Notes: generated by a model from the letters alone, not told the origin. Counted from the first letter of the stretch, positions 11,714-25,295 are shown. The stretch is 64,000 nucleotides of DNA from Octopus vulgaris (GCA_951406725.2 OX597818.1:59892001-59956000), one strand, 5' to 3'. Translations and numbers: made by a program.

Positions 11714-12240
11714 TTTTCCCACGAGAGCTCCGGACACAAGTTATGAACTCATTTGCATACAGCCAATCAGAGCTAAAATATCAAACTAATTTATGAGCGC
11801 GTAACAAGTGATGGTCGATAAGATAAGGTCAATTGGTTAAGGAATGACCATTCTTCTTTTCTCTTTTAATAACATTTGTTGTTCTTGTTCTTGTCTCAAC
11901 TATGGCTGCCTCTGCGTAGTTATTTGTGTTGTTGTTTACTTTGTAACACAGTAAGGGGAGAGGGATGCTAACACATAACCCTCTACCCACATTTCTCCCA
12001 TCCACATCTTTACCATATGGGGCCCTAACAAAATCCAATAACAGATGTAGATGCAAATCTATCTAATTACTTGTCTCCTAATATCAGGCATAACTTGGCG
12101 ATCGGTCGACTTACAACACCGTTCTTCGTCTTAAGTTTACTTGGTAGAGAGTATTTGATAACTTGACAAGTTCAAAGTGAGCTCTGATTGGCTGTGTGTA
12201 AATGAGATCATTACTTGGGTCCAGAACTCTCGTGGGAAAA
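11714..12240. repeat. ~60 bp inverted repeat containing CCAAT and octamer motifs, ~405 bp spacer
   Basis: 11714-11774 (TTTTCCCACGAGAG...CTCATTTGCATACAGCCAATCAGAGCT) is the reverse complement of 12180-12240 with a few mismatches. Confidence 0.8.
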
Positions 12241-14348
12241 TAAATTTTGCCTCCCGCTTAACTCTGCTGATTCAGTACTTTTTACTGAAAAGAGACAGTT
12301 CTGTGCACTTCCGTATTATCTACTCCTTTTGTTCATTTATCACATCAGATCAACAACTATTTTAGAATTCAGTCCGTACGTTCTTGCAGTTCTGCCAGGC
12401 CAAGAATCCATCCGAGCCATGGAAGGTAACACAGGCAACCTTCAAATGAAGGAGGCTATCCTAAATATAAAGCTCAATCCAGAATTAAATAGCAGAAAAC
12501 AACTACTGTAACAACACCGGTCTGCACATGCCACTACCCTCTCCCACCTACCTGAACAACAATAATAGCTTTTACTGTCTTTCCTTATTCACACGCTCCG
12601 ATTCAGCGATCCTACCCATGAAATATCAAAAATATATATAAAGTCAAAATATCGAAATATTTATAATATCAAAATATATATATGGTCGCAATTCGGCTTT
12701 TGTTCTGTCTTCACTTTTGTAGTTTACTCTTGAACTGGTTCGACTTCAACAGGTTTTTTTCTCTAATATACTCTTTGTTCTTTATTCTTTCTTTAGTTTT
12801 TTTCTTTAATGTTCCCGTTGAAGTAGAAGTGTCTGAAAGGCTGATCTTAATTTTGTTCTTTTTACTTGGTTTCATATCTTGTTTTAGTTTCTGCTTCGTG
12901 TTCCTCTTTGTAATACACCATTATTGTACACTAATGTGTATTTCCTGATTATCAGTAGATTCATACTGATATAGAAAAATATTGATTATACCGACAAGTT
13001 TTCATTATTCTACCACATCGCCAACTGTGCTAAGAGTACAATTTTAAAAATCTATGAGCAATTTTAAGTGGTTTGGTTAGATTTTAATTTGAAACCAACT
13101 GACTCTAATGTATATATCGTTAGACAGAAGTACCGTAATTTGAATGGACAATCAATATTTAATGGTAGATTTTAATTTGATTTGGCACTGCTGTAATAAC
13201 TTTGCTTTTATTTGTATCGAGCGCTTTAGATTGTGAAAGTTTCTTTCCGGACGAAATTATTTCCATCCATTTTGCTACTCTCACCTCTCCACTTTCCACC
13301 CCTCTCCCCGTGTCACTGCCTTCTCACCTCATTTCTATCGCTCTCCCACGCACTTTATTTTACCTTTCAAATGTCGTAATCTTCTATCTCTTACTTCGTC
13401 GCTCTCTTCATCGTTGTCGTCTGACTCTCTCTCTCTCTTTCTCTCCAACTCTTTATATATCACCATTTTGTTGTACTTTCATCCTATGTACACTTGAACA
13501 ACATATCTAATCACATTCAAGTGTAAGAACAAAGTCAGGGTAATGTGTGTATGCTGCTCCGTCAAGCAATTAGAATATGAATGCGCGTGAAGAAATCTAA
13601 ACTGACAGATACTGGCAACTACATATCATGGGCAACTCTGCAGTCGCTCACACAGATAGAAACGTTACATATGAAGATACAGACACATGAGAACACACGT
13701 ACACATCGCTATATATACATTTGCACAGGGGCGGCGAGCTGGCAGAAACGTTAGCACGCCGAGCGAAATGCGTAGCCGTATTTCTTCTGCCCTTACGTTC
13801 TGAGTTCGAATTCCGCCATAATCCACTTCATTTTTGAAAAGTCAATGAGTTCGACTTGAATGTCAGCTGAGTGATATTGCACTGATCTCCCTTGCACAAT
13901 ACGATGGAAGGTAAGGAACCAGAAATGCGAGTCTTATAAAAGAAAACGGATTTATTTCAAAATAGAGAACGGGGTAAAGAATTTCTTAAAAGGAAACTAT
14001 GGCTTTGTCAAGGGTTTACCCAGCATGACTGTAGTGCCATGACTGAAACGAATAACTGTTAAAATATGGCTTGAATGCTTCTGATCACAAATTTGTTCAA
14101 CCAGAGTTGATCTGGGGCGAAGCCTCAACTGCAAGCCCAAACAAGAATACTAACAGACAAATATAAAAATAAAAATGACAGATTTTCGTGACGTTGCAAT
14201 TCAGGGTATGATCGATGTTGGATACTGATTAACCTTAGTTTTGCCCTGATCGAACATTCTATAATCAAACACGTTCTAATCATTACTATCCCAACTTACA
14301 TTCAGAAAAGAAATGTGACTTGAGCTTTCTTATCTCCTAAGAAGGTAC

Positions 14349-14580
14349 CTATTTCTTTACTACCCACACGGGGCTAAACACAGAGAGGACAAACAAGGAC
14401 AGACAAACGGATTAAGTTGATTATATCGACTCCAGTGCGTAACTGGTACTTATTTAATCGACCCCGAAAGGGTGAAAGGCAAAGTCGACCTCGGCGGAAT
14501 TTGAACTCACAACGTAACGGCAGACGAAATACGGCTACGCATTTCGCCCGGCGTGCTAACGTTTCTGCCAGCTCGCCGCC
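14349..14580 (-). mobile_element. SINE family B monomer
   Basis: Family B sequence; ~22 bp TSD TTCTTATC(TC/CA)CTAAGAAGGTAC. Confidence 0.92.
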
Positions 14581-14796
14581 TTTCTTATCCACTAAGAAGG
14601 TACTATGTGCACTTTCTGGCAGGTAAAGCAAGTCACGTGGAGGAACTCGTCTCTGTATCGATTTCAGGAACTGCTGTTACTGAATTACTACTGAATGAAA
14701 GATATTTGCAAAACTTTAGCCAAGTTTTAATAGCTCTAACAACACTTATATTGGAAGCTAGTAATTAAATCAGTTGGTATATGGAGATACGAAGGA

Positions 14797-14809
14797 TGTG
14801 CGTGCGTGT

Positions 14810-14886
<77 letters not shown>

Positions 14887-14888
14887 TT

Positions 14889-14939
<51 letters not shown>

Positions 14940-14947
14940 TGTGTGTT

Positions 14948-15013
<66 letters not shown>

Positions 15014-15023
15014 TGTGTGTGTT

Positions 15024-15054
<31 letters not shown>

Positions 15055-15084
15055 CTGTCTGTCTGTCTGTCTATCTGTCTGTGT
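14797..15084. repeat. (TG)n microsatellite with periodic TT interruptions
   Basis: Directly visible. Confidence 0.97.
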
Positions 15085-15800
15085 TTGAATTTGGCATTTG
15101 AAAAGAACAGACTAATTTAATTTAATCTCGTTACTCTTTTCAACGTCTAACTTCATATATCTTTTACAAAATTCACTGAAGTTAAGAGTAGAGAAGCGCT
15201 AACTATATAATTAGTAAAATGATCAAACATTTCCTTTAAATGTATGTAACGAAACAGATACTCGATGATATCATAATTGCAGGTGCATGGACTGCCGTAT
15301 GGATAAAATGTTCGCTTCGCAATAACGTGATTTCAGGTTCGATCTGAACGAGCAAATGTCTCCTACTCTACACTCGGGTCGACAAATGCTCCATCGAAGG
15401 AATAAATGGAAATATGAGAAGATAATTGTACACAAATATATGTTCGTATATATGGATAAGGGCTTTGTTTTTATGCATATTTAAGTCTTATTCTTTTTTC
15501 CATTTTTATTTTTGTATTTTCTTAGAGTTCCTAAATCCATGTCCAAATTTTTCAGAACTTGCCAACCTAATTTTCGAGAATTAACTATATCTGGAAATAT
15601 ATGTTGTTCTTTATCTTTTGCTTTGTATTGATTTGTCTGTAGCAGACAAAGTTTGACCATTGATTATTTTTACTGTTTATGTCAAAGACCACTTGTTAAT
15701 TTTTTAATGAGTGTGCGTTAATTTTAGTATTGTATGCGACATGAGACTGGTTTCCATAATTTATCTATTTTTGTGCGAAATTTTGTACAATGTTTACATA

Positions 15801-17083
15801 TCAGGTCATTAAGAAAGAAATGCCTGATTTTTAACCGAAAGTTTATTTTACTTCATCTCAGCAAAAAGCAATGCAGTTAATCAAAGTATGCACCTAAATT
15901 ATCAACAATATTTTGCCATTTTATCGGTAGCTTGTTTATGCTGGCAGCGAAGAATTCTGAAGAGCAAGAGGTGATCAAACCACCAAAGGCTGTTTTTGCA
16001 TCTTCTTTCAGACTTGAAGTTTTTGCCTTGCAAAAAGTTGTCTAATGCTTGGAAAACGTAATAACCAGTTGGCGCAAGGTCTGATGAATATGGTGGATTA
16101 CAGATTACTTCAAAGTTCAGTTCCTGTAGTTTGAGTAGAGTTCTTTGTGCAACCTGTATGTGGTCGAGCTGTGTCCTGTAAAAGATTCGGCCTGTCTCTA
16201 TTGACCAATCTTGGTTGTTTAATTTCAAGTTCATTCATCATTTCATTCAGTTGGTTGATGTATACAACCGCTGTCATTGATTCATCTGTTCTCATGAAGC
16301 TGTAGTGGATGACACCAGCGCTAGACACGCAAACACACACCATTAGCTTTTTTGGTGAATATTCGGTTTTGGATTTTTTTTTGTCACTTCGTCTCTATCC
16401 AGCTACCGTGCAAAACGCTTGCTATTGTTGAAAAGAATCCAGTTTTCATTACACGTACCAATACGATGCAAACATGGTTCGCTTTTATGTCGTGACAGCA
16501 AAGAACAAGTTTCAAGACGACGCGTCATTTGATGCTCGTTCAGTTCGTGTGGTACCCACTTGTCCAACTTCTTGAACTTGCTGATTTGCTTCGGATGGTC
16601 CAATGCAGTCGGAATCAAAGCATCAAGCCTTGCTACTAACTCACGCGTAGTTTGAGATGTATCAGCTCACACTACAGTTTCTAGCTCATCATCCACTTTG
16701 GTGTCAGTTCTACCACGGGTCTGATTTTCAAGAGGAGAGTCACCAGACCGGAACTTCTCAAACCATTGGCGTACAGTGCATTCATTTGCCACATCTTCAC
16801 CAAACACTTCATTGAGGTTTCAAGCTGTCTGGGATGCATTGGTTCCACGACGGAACTCATATTCATAAACAACACGAATTTTTTATCTATCGATGGGTTC
16901 ACAAAATATGATGTACGAGAGACAACTCACAATATAATCAGACATCATGAATTGCATTTCGAAAAGTGATGATGTAAATCTTCAATATTGTAAAACAAAA
17001 AACTGTCAGGATAAAACATTAGACTTAACTTTTGTCAAACTTGGTGCATAAGAAAATCGGACGTTTCATTCTTAACAAAATGA
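15801..17083 (-). mobile_element. Mariner transposon, full length (~1.28 kb), decayed transposase
   Basis: Minus-strand motifs WFEKFRSGD, KWVPHEL and PYSSDLAPTGYYVFQALDNFL (YSPDLAP). Degenerate TIRs TCAGGTCATTAAGAAAGAAATGCCTGATTTT / AAAATCGGACGTTTCATTCTTAACAAAATGA. Confidence 0.92.
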
Positions 17084-17169
17084 CATTTCCCTCTAGTATT
17101 TTCCTATCTAGCTTTTCTATGTGGTGAGTGGTATCGACCAGATCATTGGATGCTTTTATACGTGGCTGG

Positions 17170-18143
17170 ATATAAGCAACAGTATTTCGTGAATTCTAAT
17201 TCCTTCCTATCAACATCCCAATCAACTTGAAGTCTCTACGTATCTTTCAATTGTAACTTGTGTACTTGACGGCATCAAGGAGTACCTGTTTGTTCTCATA
17301 ACACTCTTCTATGTACACTGAATACCCTAGAGAAATGAATGGTTTCTCATTGTCCCTGTATGGGTGTATTGCCTCAAGACTTCTCTTGGATAAATCAATG
17401 ATTAAGCATGCTTCAGACAGAACACGTTGAAACAAACACCGAAATAACTCATCAGTGTTATTACAGAAACTTAGTTACGCGTCCACAGAGAAGCAAGAAG
17501 TCAGGTCCCTATTTCCCTTTCTGAAATGAGTAATACAAACGTCTATTTTAAGCAGACATTTTTCTTTTTGACGAGCTGCTGAAAATTCAACTTTATTCTT
17601 TGACACTGCCAAGTCTCTAACCAAATCATTCAATTGAACTTGAGAAATTTTTTGTGGTTCGTCTTTATTTTCAAATATCTGCGTCAAATTTGTTTTTTCC
17701 CACATCGTGGTTGTCTCTTCACGAAGTATTTCTTCGTAGACATTTGAAGGTCATTCTCCGGTCGTACCTGAATAAGAAGGTCACTATTGTGTTGTAGTTT
17801 TGGTTTTCTTGATGATTACTAGTTGGGGGTATACAATTCTACGCTTAATCTTAAGAGTAAACCCAAATATAATCTATCAAATAACCCTTTGGTTCTCTCT
17901 ATATCTTAGTTCAAACGGCATTCTTCTTTTCTTCCACTTCTTAAACCATTCCCTTAGCCCAAGCTGAGCAGGTGATGGGCAGTACCCAAATCTTGTCTTG
18001 ATACCCGAGAGAAAGATAGAGCATCCAGAGAACAACTATTAAATCTTGATTTCAGTTGTGATGATACGTTGCTGACCTCTGATACTAAATGTGTCAGAAG
18101 CATAACAAAACATTTCAGGGCTGTTCTTGCAATATCTTCACAT
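17170..18143 (-). mobile_element. Chapaev3-like (CMC superfamily) transposase pseudogene, 5' portion
   Basis: Minus-strand peptides CKNSPEMFCY, YQDKIW, LGLREW...MPF, QLNDLVRDLAVSKNKVE, LIIDLSKRSLEAI and DFKLIGMLIG, in the order expected for Chapaev3 transposases (family recognised from recall). Confidence 0.78.
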
Positions 18144-18290
18144 CCTCAACAGAGTTCGATGTAACAAGAAGTTACAGAAGATGAATGGTGAAATATTTTG
18201 TGAAAAATACATGAGTAAAACAGCTAAAGTAAGGAAAAACATAACATTACATAATTGACACAGTTATAAAATACAAATTAACACTAGTTA

Positions 18291-18676
18291 AGGCGTAGGA
18301 GTGGTTGTGTGCACCAGCCACATGGTTCCGGGTTCAGTCCCACTGCGTGGCACCTTGGGAAAGTGTCTTCTACTATAGCCTCGGGCCGACCAAAGCATTG
18401 TGAGTGGATTTGGTAGACGGAAGCTGAAAGAAGCTCGTCATATATATGTATATATATATTTGTGTGTATATGTTTGTGTGTCTCTGTTTGTCCCGCGAAC
18501 ATCGCTTCACAAACGATGCTGGTGTGTTTACGTCCCTGTAACTTAGAGGTTCAGCAAAAGTGACCGATAAAATAAGGACTAGGCTTACAAAGAATAAGTC
18601 CTGGGGGTCGAGTTGCTCGACTAAAGGCGGTGCTCCAGCATGGCCACAGTCAAATGACTGAAACTAATAAAAGAGT
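18291..18676 (+). mobile_element. SINE family A
   Basis: Matches family A head, internal microsatellite and tail. Confidence 0.9.
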
Positions 18677-20129
18677 ACTAGTCAGTATAAGACTGAAACG
18701 GGTGGATATGCTGTTGATTGCAGTCATAAAGACCCTTATGTCAACTGAAAATGTGTGGCACTGCAGAAAACTGATTTTACTTTTTTTTTTTTCTGTTAAT
18801 CGAATGACAAATCTACTTATTATGCACCACACAACATGCCTGAAGAAGATTGGCTCTTGTAATCAAACACTTATCTATTTCGTTGTCCGGACATTTGTCC
18901 GGACCACCATTGATTTTGTATTGTATATTTTACAAATTATTGTAAATATAATCTCTCAGAATTCTCAGCTTCGCATCTTTATCTAAAAAGAAAACTTTTG
19001 GCCAGTGAAAATTGAATTTGTTGATAAACCATATTTCCTAAAATGTTCCTAGCCTTGAAGGCAACAAACAATTTAGGAAATATTGTTTCTCAGAATACAG
19101 AAATCTATATATATGCATATACGTGTTGGTGTGGGTGTGTGTATGTGTTTTATAACCAAACTTTCGTATAAAGAATGATTATCTCACCTAAAATATTCTA
19201 TTTCTTGAACTAGAAATTTCTCTCTATCTTACACTTAATATATTGTTATATTTTATCTTTCTGTCATTGTGAAGACAATATTTATTATTGCTTGCGGCAA
19301 GAGAAATGTTTTAAATTAAAATAAATTGGATTTCGAACACTTAAGTAACCATCTGTTTCTGACGATGTTCGAACGAAACCTTTGTTTAATTCTGCTAAAG
19401 AATAAGTTCAAATAGCTGATACGAAGACACATCAAAACAGAAACAATAATTTCAAAATCTCCAAAGAAATAATAATATATTTTTTGAGATATATTAAAAG
19501 CTTGTGATATTGGAAACTCTCACCCTCTGTAAGCCCAGTTCAATTGCATCCTTACTTGATATTCAGTTAGAAATGAAACGGGAGGGTTTTAACGCCCACA
19601 ACGTACAGTATTACATTCCATTTTTTGACAGTAGTATATTCGTTTTCTGTCAAATGTTGTTAATGCGCCATATGCATTTCTTTGTGATGTTATTGACTTT
19701 CACGGGATAACCAGGTTTAAAGGTTAAATATTCTACTGACAGTAAAAGAACAGTATGAATTGTGACTTAAAATTATGAATTGTATTCAAGACTTTCTGCA
19801 ATTTTATTTGCCAGTACTGGAATGAATACAGATTTTATAGCTCAAGACATCACGAACAGCTGGAGAAATATATTATGGAGTATGAAGGAAATTCTTGACA
19901 GTCGGTTGTTGTTTAGCCAAAGTGGGCACCGATTGAAAATAGCCTTAAGCAATAGTTTTCCAGTCGCTATCACTTTCAAGCAGTGTCTCTATGATTTCTT
20001 TTTTGCTTGCTATTTTAATTCTCTGTGTCTCCGAGTTTGTCTATATCAGTTCCACTTCAAAACCATTGTTGGGTTTCTTACGTCTAAGCTACTAAACTGT
20101 TCCGCAAAAGTGTACAACAGACTATATAT

Positions 20130-20360
20130 ATTTCTTTACTACACACAAGGAGCTAAACATAGAGGGGACAAACAAAGACAGACAAAGGGATTAAGTCGAT
20201 TACATCGACCCCAGTGCGAAACTGGTACTTAATTTATCGACCCCGAAAGGATGAAAGGCAAAGTCGACCTCGGCGGAATTTGAACTCAGAATGTAACGAC
20301 AGACGAAAATACGGCCACGCATTTCGCCCGGCGTGCTAACGTTTCTGCCAGCTCGCCGCC
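20130..20360 (-). mobile_element. SINE family B monomer
   Basis: Reverse complement of family B. Confidence 0.9.
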
Positions 20361-20494
20361 CTGAACAAAAATAAGCCCTAGTGTCGATATGTTGGACTAA
20401 AATTCTTCAAAGTGGTTGCAAGCCTGACTACAATCCAGCAACTAAAACAAGTGGGTAGAAAAGAAATAGAAATAGGTAAAAGAAAAAAGAGAAA

Positions 20495-20726
20495 GGCGGC
20501 GAGCTGGCAGAAACGTTAGCACGCCGGGCGAAATGCGTAGCGGTATTTCGTCTGCCGTTACGTTCTGAGTTCAAATTCCGCCGAGGTCCACTTTGCCTTT
20601 CATCCTTTCGGGGTCGATAAATTAAGTACCAGTTACGCACTGGGGTCGATGTAATCGACTTAATCCGTTTGTCTGTCCTTGTTTGTCCTCTCTGTGTTTA
20701 GCTTCTTGTGGGTAGTAAAGAAATAG
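20495..20726 (+). mobile_element. SINE family B monomer
   Basis: Family B; divergent (head-to-head) with the copy at 20130-20360. Confidence 0.92.
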
Positions 20727-21211
20727 AAACAAGTAAAACATAAATATGGATCGGTATAATTTTATGGTGGTTTAACTGCTATTTTTAGCAGGCGAATTGA
20801 CCACAATACAACGTGTTCTATTCCACATGATGTTTTTTTAATTCCAGATCAGTTCTGATTGGGTAGATTTAGAAACAAATGCATTAGAGACATCACACCA
20901 TTTTTATAAGATTGCAAGGTGTGATTTGAGAGGAGTTTGGCAGTGGATTCTGGCATGTCAAGTAGCCATAAACAGATTTCGTCGTTGGTGTGTTATCGTC
21001 GGTATGTCGTTTGAGCGTTGGAAAGACCTAGAGTCTGTAAGTATGTGTGTGTATGTATGTATGTATGTATGTATGTATGTATGTATGTATGTATGTATGT
21101 ATGTATGTTTGTATGTATGTATGTATGTTTGTATGTATGTATGTTTGTATGTATGTATGTATGTAGGTATGTATGTATGCATATATGTATGCACGTATGT
21201 ATGCATGCATG

Positions 21212-21632
21212 TATGGCTGTGTCGTAAGTAGCTTGCTTACCAACCACATGGTTCCGTGTTCAATCCCACTGCGTGGTACCTTGGGCAAGTGTCTTCAACT
21301 ATAGCCTCGGGCCGACCAAAGCCTCGTGAGTGAATTTGGTAGACGGAAGCTAAAAGAAGCCTGTCGTATATATGTATATATATATATGTGTGTATATGTA
21401 TGTGTGTGTATGTGTGTGTGTGTGTCTGTGTTTGTCCCTCCCCCACCCAACAGCGTTTGTCAACCGATGCTGGTGTGTTTACGTCCCCGTTACTTAGCGG
21501 TTCGGCAAAAGACCGATAGCATAAGTACTAGGCTTACAAAGAATAAGTCCTGTGGTCGATTTGCTCGACTAAATGCGGTGCTCCAGCATGGCCACAGTCA
21601 AATAACTGAAACAATTAAAAGAGTGAAAAAGA
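21212..21632 (+). mobile_element. SINE family A preceded by (GTAT)n
   Basis: Family A sequence; tetranucleotide tract at 21042-21211. Confidence 0.9.
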
Positions 21633-22485
21633 GAGGTATCTGTGAAGCGCATTGTAATATTGGTTGGTGCTCAGAAATAACCGAGTGTTGTATAGACTTT
21701 GGAGTCGACTGAGCTGGGCGTAAACGATTGAGGAAGATAAGCTATTATAAATCTCGTATATAAATAAACGCAAAATTCTGTCTGTCTGGAACCCTTGTAT
21801 CTCAGTCTACGTTTGTTCTACATAGACATATTATACCTTTTTGGAATCAGGATGTTCCCGGGATTGAAAATCTGCCCTTCATTCGGTTGTTTGACTATCC
21901 TGCATTGGAATCTGATTTAAAAGCATTTGGGTTGCTATTTCTAGCAGGTTAAGCTTCACTAATTCACGCCATCTTTGTTGGTATTTGTCAGATGACGTCA
22001 GAGATAAAAGGGGAGATAACTGGCATTCGCTTCGTTAATTTTACGCCGAGATAAGAACTTAGAAACAAATTAGCCAACAGTTAGAATTCAACTTGGGACT
22101 GGATTAATAAAATGATTGCATTAGAGAATTAATTCTCATCCGTTCTTAACAGCTGATCAAACACCACCGGGTCATATAGATGTATTATGTACATGATATC
22201 CAGCTCGTCTTAGTTTTTTTGGACCGCAGACCCAATTAGCTCTGCGCAGGGCTAGCGTAAAAGTCAGCATCGAGTGCGGCTTTTAAGCTGGTCTACTATA
22301 AACGACTGAGAACATTTAAGAATTTAACTTTTATCTTTAACTAGTTTCGGTCATTCGACTGCTGCCGTGATGACCATTCCTTGTGGACATGCCTTGAAGG
22401 GTTTAGTTCACTGGTTCTCAAAGTGGCCGGTATTGCTCCTCTGGAGGCGGTGAAAATTCCAAGGGAGCGTTGAAGAAGAGCGTGG

Positions 22486-22683
22486 TGATAATAAGTAGCG
22501 ATTCATTTTCAAAAGAAAAACGGGCGCAATAATGAGATAGCGATTCATGTAAAAAAAAATGGGGCAATAATGGGATAGTGATTCATGTAAAAAAAAATGG
22601 GGCAATAATGAGATAGCGATTCATGTAAAAAAAAATGGGGCAATAATGGGATAGTGATTCATGTAAAAACAAGAAAATAATGG
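22486..22683. repeat. 38 bp minisatellite, ~5 units, ABAB alternation
   Basis: Unit CAATAATG(A/G)GATAG(C/T)GATTCATGTAAAAAAAAATGGGG starts at 22527, 22565, 22603 and 22641. Confidence 0.92.
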
Positions 22684-23486
22684 GTTTATTAGGTTCAGTT
22701 TCATTTGTGAAATACTGTTGCTTTGAATTTGCTTCAGAAAGGGGTCTATGTTGGGGTTGGGCGCTAAGAATGTGGCCTGGGTGTCAACGGAGCGGCGGCC
22801 TGAAAGGATTTGTGAACCACTGATATAGTCAAATAAATCAAATCCATTACATTTTTTAAGTCTGATACTATTTCTGTCTGTTCATTTTGCCCACTTCTTT
22901 GGTTACGTAAACAAACAGTACCAGTTGTCGTTTTGTTGAGGAATAAACACAATCACTATAAGACACACTGATACAAATTGTTTCTGTCTCCTAAATTCAC
23001 TCACAAGGCATTGGTCGGCTCGAGGCTATAGTAGTAGACACTTGCCCAAGGTACCGCGCAAAGGGACTGAACCCGAAATCACATGGCTGCAAAGCAATCT
23101 TCATTACCATACCATGATCGACAATGTCCACTGATTATCTCCTCTGTCCTTTCTTTTTTTCTATTTTCGCAATTAGTGTATCGAGGAATTATGTTTTCCT
23201 TTATGGGAGGGCTTATGTTTAAAGACATTAATGTCTGATTTTAGAAAGATTTAGATGCTATTTCCAGCGGATCAAGCAAGTTACGTAGATGTTCCCCATT
23301 GGGTCGGAGTCTTTCGTTGGTTTGTAATCATATTTATATAGGGATGAAGGACGTTAGATATCATCTGCCGCTAGGGTTTAACAGCACCAACAATTCATCG
23401 CGCGCCTTGAGCGAAGTTCACATGAAGTTCACATTATTGGAAGAAGGTCTGGGGCCATTGAGGAACTTCAACCATAGATTTCGCTT

Positions 23487-23545
23487 GGCAAGACACTTAT
23501 GAGACCTCAATCGTGAATCTAACACCGAAACGTTTTTGTCTTGCC
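23487..23545 (+). ncRNA. Degenerate hammerhead-like motif
   Basis: GGCAAGACA-CTTATGA...GAAACGTTTT-TGTCTTGCC. Stem I is a perfect 9 bp, but the core reads CUUAUGA and stem II is weak. Confidence 0.4.
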
Positions 23546-23758
23546 TCATTCTCTGTCTCTTGTCAAAAGACTGCAGTTTCGAAAAGTCTTCTCTCAAACC
23601 TACTTTTCAGTTACAAACTAAATTTATTTGGTTTCTATTCCGGTTTGTTTTTGCTGATTTTCTTTCTTTTGTTTTATTTATTCATTTCTTTATATAATAT
23701 TTTGCTCATGAAATCTCTTGGAAATATAACTACTCACATTATACTGGATCAAATTATA

Positions 23759-24353
23759 GCGGTGAGCTGGCAGTAACGTTAGCGCGCCGGGCGAAATGCT
23801 TAGCCGTATTTCGTCTGCCGTTATGTTCTGAGTTCAAATTCCGCCGAGGTCGACTTTGCCTTTCATCCTTTCGGGGTCGATTAAATAAGTACCAGTTACG
23901 CACTGGCGTCGATGTAATCGACTTAATCCGTTTGTCTGTCCTTGTTTGTCCTCTCTGTGTTTAGCCCCTTGTGGGTAGTAAAGAAGTAGGTATTACGTCT
24001 GCCGTTACGTTCTGAGTTCAAATCCGCCGAGGTCGACTTTTCCTTTCATCCTTTCGGGGTCGATAAATTAAGTACCAGTTTCGCATTGGGGTCGATATAA
24101 TCGACTTAATCCGTTTGTCGTTGTTTGTCCTCTCTGCCTTTAGCCCCTTGTGGGTAATAAAGAAATAGGTATTTCGTCTGTCGTTACGTTCTGAGTTCAA
24201 ATTCCGCCGAGGTCGACTTTGCCTTTCGTCCCTTCGGGGTCGATAAATAAAGTACCAGTTTTGCACTGGGGTCGATGTAATCGACTTAATCTCTTTGTCT
24301 GTCCTTCTCTGTCCCCTCTATGTTTAGCCCCCTTGTGGGGCAGTAAAGAAATA
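23759..24353 (+). mobile_element. SINE family B trimer
   Basis: Units start at 23806, 23990 and 24169; TSD TACTGGATCAAATT. Confidence 0.92.
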
Positions 24354-24913
24354 TATACTGGATCAAATTTTTATTATTTCTATAATATATTAGAGGGCAA
24401 CAGCCCCATTCTCAAACAAGGCAGTTTCATCATCTCGTGTGATCGCTCATATCATTCTGTTTGTGCAATGACCTCAAAGTTCGAAGGTTGCGAAGCAATA
24501 TTCCGTATTCTCTCCCCATCTTGATCATTGTAAAGCGGTGAATTGAGTTAAAAGCCTTCTTGAAGTCAATAGAAGTCAGGAAATCAGAAAGGTTACCATT
24601 CTTTGCACGTTCAGCATCACATCAACTAGAAATTTGTATTATTTCACTCCTTGAATTATATTATCGCCACCCTCTTCCCTTTTATTGCTCATATCATTCC
24701 CATCTCCGTCTGAAATATATAAGATTAATGTATTCCTAGATATCTGAAACGATAAAATCCGAACAAAACTATGATAGTGTGCATTGGCAAAGAACTTGTG
24801 CGCTGGAATGAATTGTGTAAATACATTTGTGTGAATAAAAACAAAAAGAAAAAGAAAAATGTTGGCGACCGGTTTGCTTGATCAAGTTGAATTTGAGTTG
24901 ATCAGCAACAACA

Positions 24914-25295
24914 GTGGAGGCGCAATGGCCCAGTGGTTAGGGCAGCGGACTCGCGGTCGGAGGATCGCGGTTTCGATTCCCAGACCGGGCGTTGTGTGTG
25001 TTTATTGAGCGAAAGCACCTAAAGCTTCACGATGCTCCGGCAGGGGGTGGTGGCGACCCCTGTTGTACTCTTTCGCTCCAACTTTCTCTCTTCCTCTTTC
25101 TTCTTGTTTCTTCTCCCCGACTTCCTACGCAACCGCTGAGCCTGGATGCGCATTCATCCATCCGTCGATGCTCTCGGTGTCGGGGGTTGACCTGCTTTCT
25201 CTTCTGCGGGTCTTACGAATAGCAAAGGACCACGTTTCGGACTCCTCCCATCTTGCGAGCTCTGGGACGAAGACCGTTCGCTCAACAGCAACAGC
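24914..25295 (+). mobile_element. tRNA-derived SINE family C, tail type 1 ending in (CAACAG)n
   Basis: GGAGGCGCAATGGCCCAGTGGTTAGGGCAGCGGACTCGCGG...GGTTTCGATTCCC (A and B boxes); same tail as 54024-54404. Confidence 0.9.

Noticed and set aside
19354-19390. CTGACGA...GAAAC hammerhead-like core
   Set aside because: No pairing stem I in either type I or type III topology.
19780-20232. 150 aa plus-strand ORF
   Set aside because: Starts at TTG, ends inside a SINE, and shows no recognisable domain or clear splice sites.
21752-22080. Possible second Helitron (TC start, TCTGTCTGTCTG)
   Set aside because: No 3' hairpin plus CTAG terminus could be located, so boundaries are unsupported.
22486-22683. 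CRISPR-like regular 38 bp repeats
   Set aside because: Units are contiguous with no unique spacers, there are no cas genes, and the context is eukaryotic.
24914-24990. tRNA gene-like sequences at SINE heads (also 54417, 57715-57786, 61969, 8395-8467)
   Set aside because: They continue into SINE bodies and lack a proper acceptor stem and terminator, so they are SINE heads, not tRNA genes.
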